DNA of 61,602 nt, filler included, from Basidiobolus ranarum (Eukaryota): NCBI GenBank assembly GCA_040143965.1. It is 11 parts of 11 records of this genome, joined end to end, with 100 filler letters (N's around TTAATTAATTAA, not from the genome) between each part and the next. Parts side by side here need not be neighbours in the genome. Positions count along the whole stretch, not along the records: positions 56,110 to 61,602 come from JASJQH010008456.1; 10 more parts are not named here. One strand, 5' to 3'. This document shows positions 61,593 to 61,602 of this stretch, piece by piece. The position numbers were made by a program, and so were the translations under genes. A model generated the notes under the pieces. The model did not search any database. It saw only the letters and a program-made list of their open reading frames with translations, and had not been told where the DNA came from. Each line of letters opens with the position of its first letter. Within the stretch, counting starts at the first letter, position 1.

Positions 61593-61602
61593 AAACCTTT
61601 TA

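Overview
This is eukaryotic, fungal DNA: short GT-AG introns, a Zn2Cys6 transcription factor, SmF, a Pho89-type transporter and a Ran1-type kinase. The gene mix (membrane-anchored hybrid histidine kinase, TM-RGS protein, proteinase K-like relic) suggests an early-diverging fungus; a Basidiobolus/Zoopagomycota-like identity is only a guess. The window is not contiguous. It is 11 separate contigs of 5520 down to 5493 bp, in descending length order, joined by 100-nt N44-TTAATTAATTAA-N44 linkers, so neighbourhoods across linkers carry no meaning. Intact or partial host genes: USP deubiquitinase, DUF952, PiT/Pho89, Ran1-like kinase, hybrid HK, YhgE/Pip-like membrane protein, Zn2Cys6 TF, TM-RGS, alpha-arrestin, cytochrome b561, SmF and several hypotheticals. 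About a quarter of the sequence is decayed, nested Ty1/copia elements from at least four LTR families. The most notable observations are half-tRNA(iMet) primer-binding sites, a CpG-deamination signature confined to the repeats, an atp6 NUMT wedged between two LTRs, a micro-inverted LTR variant, a subtilisin pseudogene, and a hybrid HK with a bacterial-looking membrane sensor plus a pseudo-receiver. I found no clearly supportable new multi-gene system.
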